Of a DNA stretch of 32,000 nt, positions 31,701 to 32,000 are shown in pieces. The stretch spans positions 3,360,001 through 3,392,000 of the forward strand of contig NZ_CP080507.1 in assembly GCF_019464535.1 (NCBI RefSeq). The letters run 5' to 3'. This DNA comes from Horticoccus luteus. Its GTDB lineage: Bacteria > Verrucomicrobiota > Verrucomicrobiia > Opitutales > Opitutaceae. The translations under genes and the position numbers were made by a program. Position 1 is the first letter of the stretch. Each line of letters begins with the position of its first letter. The notes under the pieces were generated by a model, which was given only the letters and a program-made list of their open reading frames with translations, was not told the origin of the DNA and ran no database searches.

Positions 31701-32000
31701 AGGTAGCCGCCGGCAGGCACAACAGCGAAATTGGCGTCCAAGCCGTTGCCGCCAAGAATCACGGATTGTGTGCTGGTGATATAGAGATTCGAACCGGCAC
31801 CGGTCCACGAAACATCGGTGGTGTCGCTGTCAAAATCCGAGCCCGCGATCACGCGCCCAACGATGACAATACTCTGGGCTTCAAGGCGGATCTGGCTGGC
31901 GGCCCCCGAGGAGAGGATGGAGGCGTCCGCGCCGATTTGCAGCGCGCCGGCGGCGGTGATCGCGACCGCGGAATTGCCCTCCAACGTCGCGCCCATTGGA
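1..32000 (-). CDS. Internal fragment (10,666 complete codons, open at both window edges) of one giant beta-helical repeat protein. Probably a secreted fibre or adhesin of the beta-strand-repeat / filamentous-haemagglutinin-like class.
   Basis: I hand-translated more than 60 sixty-nt rows spread across the window: 31999-31740, 31500-31380, 30720-28920, 27300-27000, 26940-26880, 25980-25920, 25680-24480, 24180-24060, 22500-22440, 21720-21060, 20400-20220, many rows between 17100 and 11460, and 300-1. All read in the same phase and give coherent beta-strand repeat sequence, for example PMGATLEGNSAVAITAAGALQIG and GNVRLLAATDITLGGIQAGTGSVTLTATAGSILDGG. Third codon positions are mostly C or G. An ATG lies at 31996-31994 in this phase, yet the track lists no minus ORF in this phase. 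That is only possible if no stop follows it inside the window. The long + ORFs start at 11, 5195, 5909, 9083, 10379, 10958, 17585, 18689, 22538, 24758, 25658, 27827, 28889, 29510 and 30761. All are 2 mod 3, which is the in-phase antisense of this frame. Confidence 0.92.
10771..11283 (-). repeat. Degenerate proximal copy of the 648-bp unit, marking the transition from the diverged modules to the homogenised array.
   Basis: It stays in register with the array but has many substitutions. Its protein reads ..TADLKTSGGDANVVAGTGAITFADNAQVATSNGNVRMLAATNITLGGVQAGTGSVTLTASAGSIFDAGDTYQDISSSAARLVAGTGIGTSANPLEVGLDTLAASAGSAGISLVEDNALTVTNVSITVRSVATD. Confidence 0.7.
11284..12802 (-). repeat. Two tandem copies of a 759-bp (253-codon) variant of the super-module.
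   Basis: Matching anchors lie at 11284, 12043 and 12802 (..gttgccgg[ac][gt]cc..), and the hallmark segments at 11511 and 12270 are both 759 bp apart. The two proteins align along their whole length. An example pair is TLTAQTDGANITFTAAVDVTLGVLDARRNTDRAGSTLISQATWGSVGVTATAGSITDNKVRAA against TLTAQTDGANISLSAAVDVKLGVVDARKNTDRAGSTLTNQATWGNVAVTATAGSITDNKARAA. Confidence 0.85.
14600..17290 (-). repeat. Two copies of a 1,344-bp (448-codon) di-module. Type A and type B super-modules alternate.
   Basis: The anchor gtgccgccggtgcc sits at 15723 and at 17067, and the anchor aggaa[cg]aggcc sits at 15057 and at 16401. Both pairs are exactly 1,344 bp apart. The proteins align, for example GGAANTKGDLVTTGGTIDVQAGTTITMFDGNSATTTNANIRYFSG against GGAANTAGDISTTGGTIDVSAGGNIAMFDGNSATAANANIRYLAT. 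A partial third copy continues towards about 14300. Confidence 0.8.
20190..21200 (-). other. Two related units of the form short beta-helix block followed by LTL.P....I.IG ... L..L..GF..I.IG. They resemble modules I recall from filamentous-haemagglutinin-family giant proteins.
   Basis: Direct translation of 21195-21020 gives LTLHPRQSTAPIYIGDFLSAIGTAFHLDNTALGLLQNGFQQIEIGSVDGAHVVYLGD. Direct translation of 20400-20200 gives GSITLMPYTSNRAMDIADPPFADGSGFTLSNADVRALKGGFTGIYIGRATSGHASGTG. The family assignment is from memory only and has not been searched. Confidence 0.5.
21750..23150 (-). other. Regular beta-helix segment with short coils of about 18-22 aa.
   Basis: Translation gives repeats such as NISLTAGTDLIVVSTLNVGSSGSVSLTAGTTGGITLGSTITAGTLTLQAGQDLTV. 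Row 22441-22500 was read directly as VTTTGSAAIYLQTTAGALSL. Confidence 0.7.
23200..25700 (-). other. Array of about 8 small (60-115 aa) strand-strand-helix-strand modules of at least two subtypes. Family not recognised.
   Basis: Rows 25680-24480 were translated directly, plus spot rows at 24000-23941, 23700-23641 and 23400-23341. The helix-type motif [WI]..[VI]L..L[KN]T.I recurs five times: ISSVLGGLKTKIEAG near 25585, AAWSSVLAGLKTLIEAG near 24640, AAWADVLGGLNTFIHT near 24000, ADWASVLGALKTKIDAG near 23680, and ANWASILASLKTSIEAG near 23350. Each is preceded by Y.Y.V.[VL]NG..Y.V and followed by [IV]TVTVD..N..L.L.....NT.F.V. The second subtype is exemplified by GDARTIDLTGVTVITGGTYRVTVAGTDFDYVAAAGKTLADIATSLAGLIDANATYTATAATNKITISAGAGTAAI at 25150-24880. 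Confidence 0.75.
27010..27290 (-). other. Isolated copy of the second alpha/beta module subtype, embedded between beta-helix segments.
   Basis: Direct translation gives GILVNATGATANDARTVNFTDVAVVTGATYRVVIGNTAFNYVAAAGNTLPQIVSGLASLIDADATYTATGSGATVTISAGAGNAAIVGQT. By eye it shares roughly 60 percent identity with the module at 25150-24880. The DNA is also visibly homologous. Confidence 0.8.
27330..28985 (-). other. Beta-helix segment between the globular insertion and the first alpha/beta module.
   Basis: Translation gives coils such as NAITLTAGGALTIGSSANLTTSAVAGTIALTAGTDLSLGGQVTAAGTNGTISATAARNVTLTGS. The hallmark IGNVITLNASTGITNLEIAAN was read directly at 27600-27541. Confidence 0.7.
28990..30670 (-). 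other. Non-repetitive globular insertion of about 560 aa that interrupts the beta-helix. It is lower in GC and rich in Tyr, Trp, Asn, Gln and Lys.
   Basis: The region was translated row by row with no stop or frame change. It begins ..TGERTVLVPVYDTTTQSVTKVTGSTKVAIGEIVVPKSHLEYTTITEEIGTTQVKVGSEYQTMDISLEQIGYYNPNAPDGSKYKAILIEGVDYFNSQINWSNAGDEDHLG.. It continues ..YYRQDKSTYQNAYVNVLGINIQTGWDDDNSAARWSVSYLDGTGVRHYAITG.. and ends ..YKTSQQQVVVNDPPDHITLWQDVPTTTTETTSVTAVTYTTATFLSGSFAGESIAGK. Spot GC counts are 31/60 in row 29581 and 33/60 in row 29641, against 43/60 in row 1-60 of the array. Confidence 0.85.
29285..29530 (-). other. Beta-gamma-crystallin domain with two Greek-key motifs and both Ca-binding-type N-D-x-x-S-S motifs.
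   Basis: Codon-by-codon translation gives VTMYQHINFGGYGDRFTNGGTSWVGSSHNDEYSSLSFNGDTTRKVVLYWDINYGGESRTDYSTNPWIGDHWNDEISSLIVYG. The signature Y-x4-[FY]-x-G occurs twice, as YQHINFGG and YWDINYGG. Each is followed at the expected distance by N-D-E-[YI]-S-S-L-x-[FV]. Confidence 0.85.
30680..32000 (-). other. Irregular beta-helix at the N-terminal side. The frame continues past the right window edge.
   Basis: Direct translation of the following rows gives these sequences. 31999-31900: PMGATLEGNSAVAITAAGALQIGADASILSSGAASQIRLEA. 31800-31741: GAGSNLYITSTQSVILGGNG. 31500-31381: IGSDLTLFSNSLVLIDNLVSAYDQVSITGGTDGTHLSIYI. 30720-30661: GGDVILTADASVTGERTVLV. Confidence 0.7.

Noticed and set aside
31994-31996. 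An in-frame ATG near the right edge as a possible start codon of the giant gene.
   Set aside because: The frame is open upstream of it, with a CCA codon at 31999-31997. The sequence there is mid beta-helix (PMGATLEGNSAVAITAAG). No Shine-Dalgarno-like motif or signal-peptide-like sequence follows.
1-32000. Domains expected in giant adhesins: RTX GG.G.D nonapeptides, Ig-like or cadherin repeats, and the autotransporter-associated NTYTG beta-strand repeat.
   Set aside because: None of these signatures appeared in any stretch I translated. They may still exist outside the window.
1-32000. Promoters, terminators, tRNA, rRNA or small RNA genes.
   Set aside because: The window contains no non-coding DNA, and I saw no convincing stem-loop with a T-tract and no RNA gene signature. 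Any internal promoter call would be guesswork.

Overview
The whole 32-kb window lies inside one gene on the minus strand. The supplied ORF track does not show it.

Reading frame: on the reverse strand, in the phase where the lowest + coordinate of each codon is 2 mod 3 (codons 31999-31997 down to 4-2), there are 10,666 codons with no stop. The frame enters at the right edge and leaves at the left edge. The track seems to list only ATG-to-stop ORFs closed within the window, so this frame is absent. Every ORF it does list looks like a shadow ORF. All long + ORFs sit in the codon-aligned antisense phase.

Product: a very large, Thr/Ala/Gly/Ser/Asn/Ile/Leu/Val/Asp-rich beta-helical fibre- or adhesin-like repeat protein from a high-GC bacterium. 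I saw no Cys in any stretch I translated. The taxon cannot be determined from the sequence.

Architecture, N to C (right to left in window coordinates):
1. 32000-30680: irregular beta-helix.
2. 30670-28990: about 560 aa of non-repetitive, lower-GC, Tyr/Trp/Asn-rich globular insertion. It contains a clear two-Greek-key beta-gamma-crystallin domain with Ca-binding-type motifs at 29530-29285.
3. 28985-27330: beta-helix.
4. 27290-27010: one isolated alpha/beta module.
5. 26990-25760: irregular beta-helix.
6. 25700-23200: an array of small strand-strand-helix-strand modules of unrecognised family.
7. 23150-21750: regular beta-helix.
8. 21200-20190: two units that look like filamentous-haemagglutinin-type modules.
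9. 19400-10770: about 13 diverged copies of a 215-255 aa super-module. These include 2 x 759 bp and 2 x 1,344 bp higher-order repeats.
10. 10770-1: at least 16.6 near-identical 648-bp (216-codon) tandem copies that run off the left edge. They contain long perfect or near-perfect mosaic tracts.

There is no intergenic DNA in the window. I can support no RNA gene, promoter, terminator, mobile element or CRISPR array.

Limits: all translations were done by hand. Domain coordinates are good to roughly +/-30 nt.
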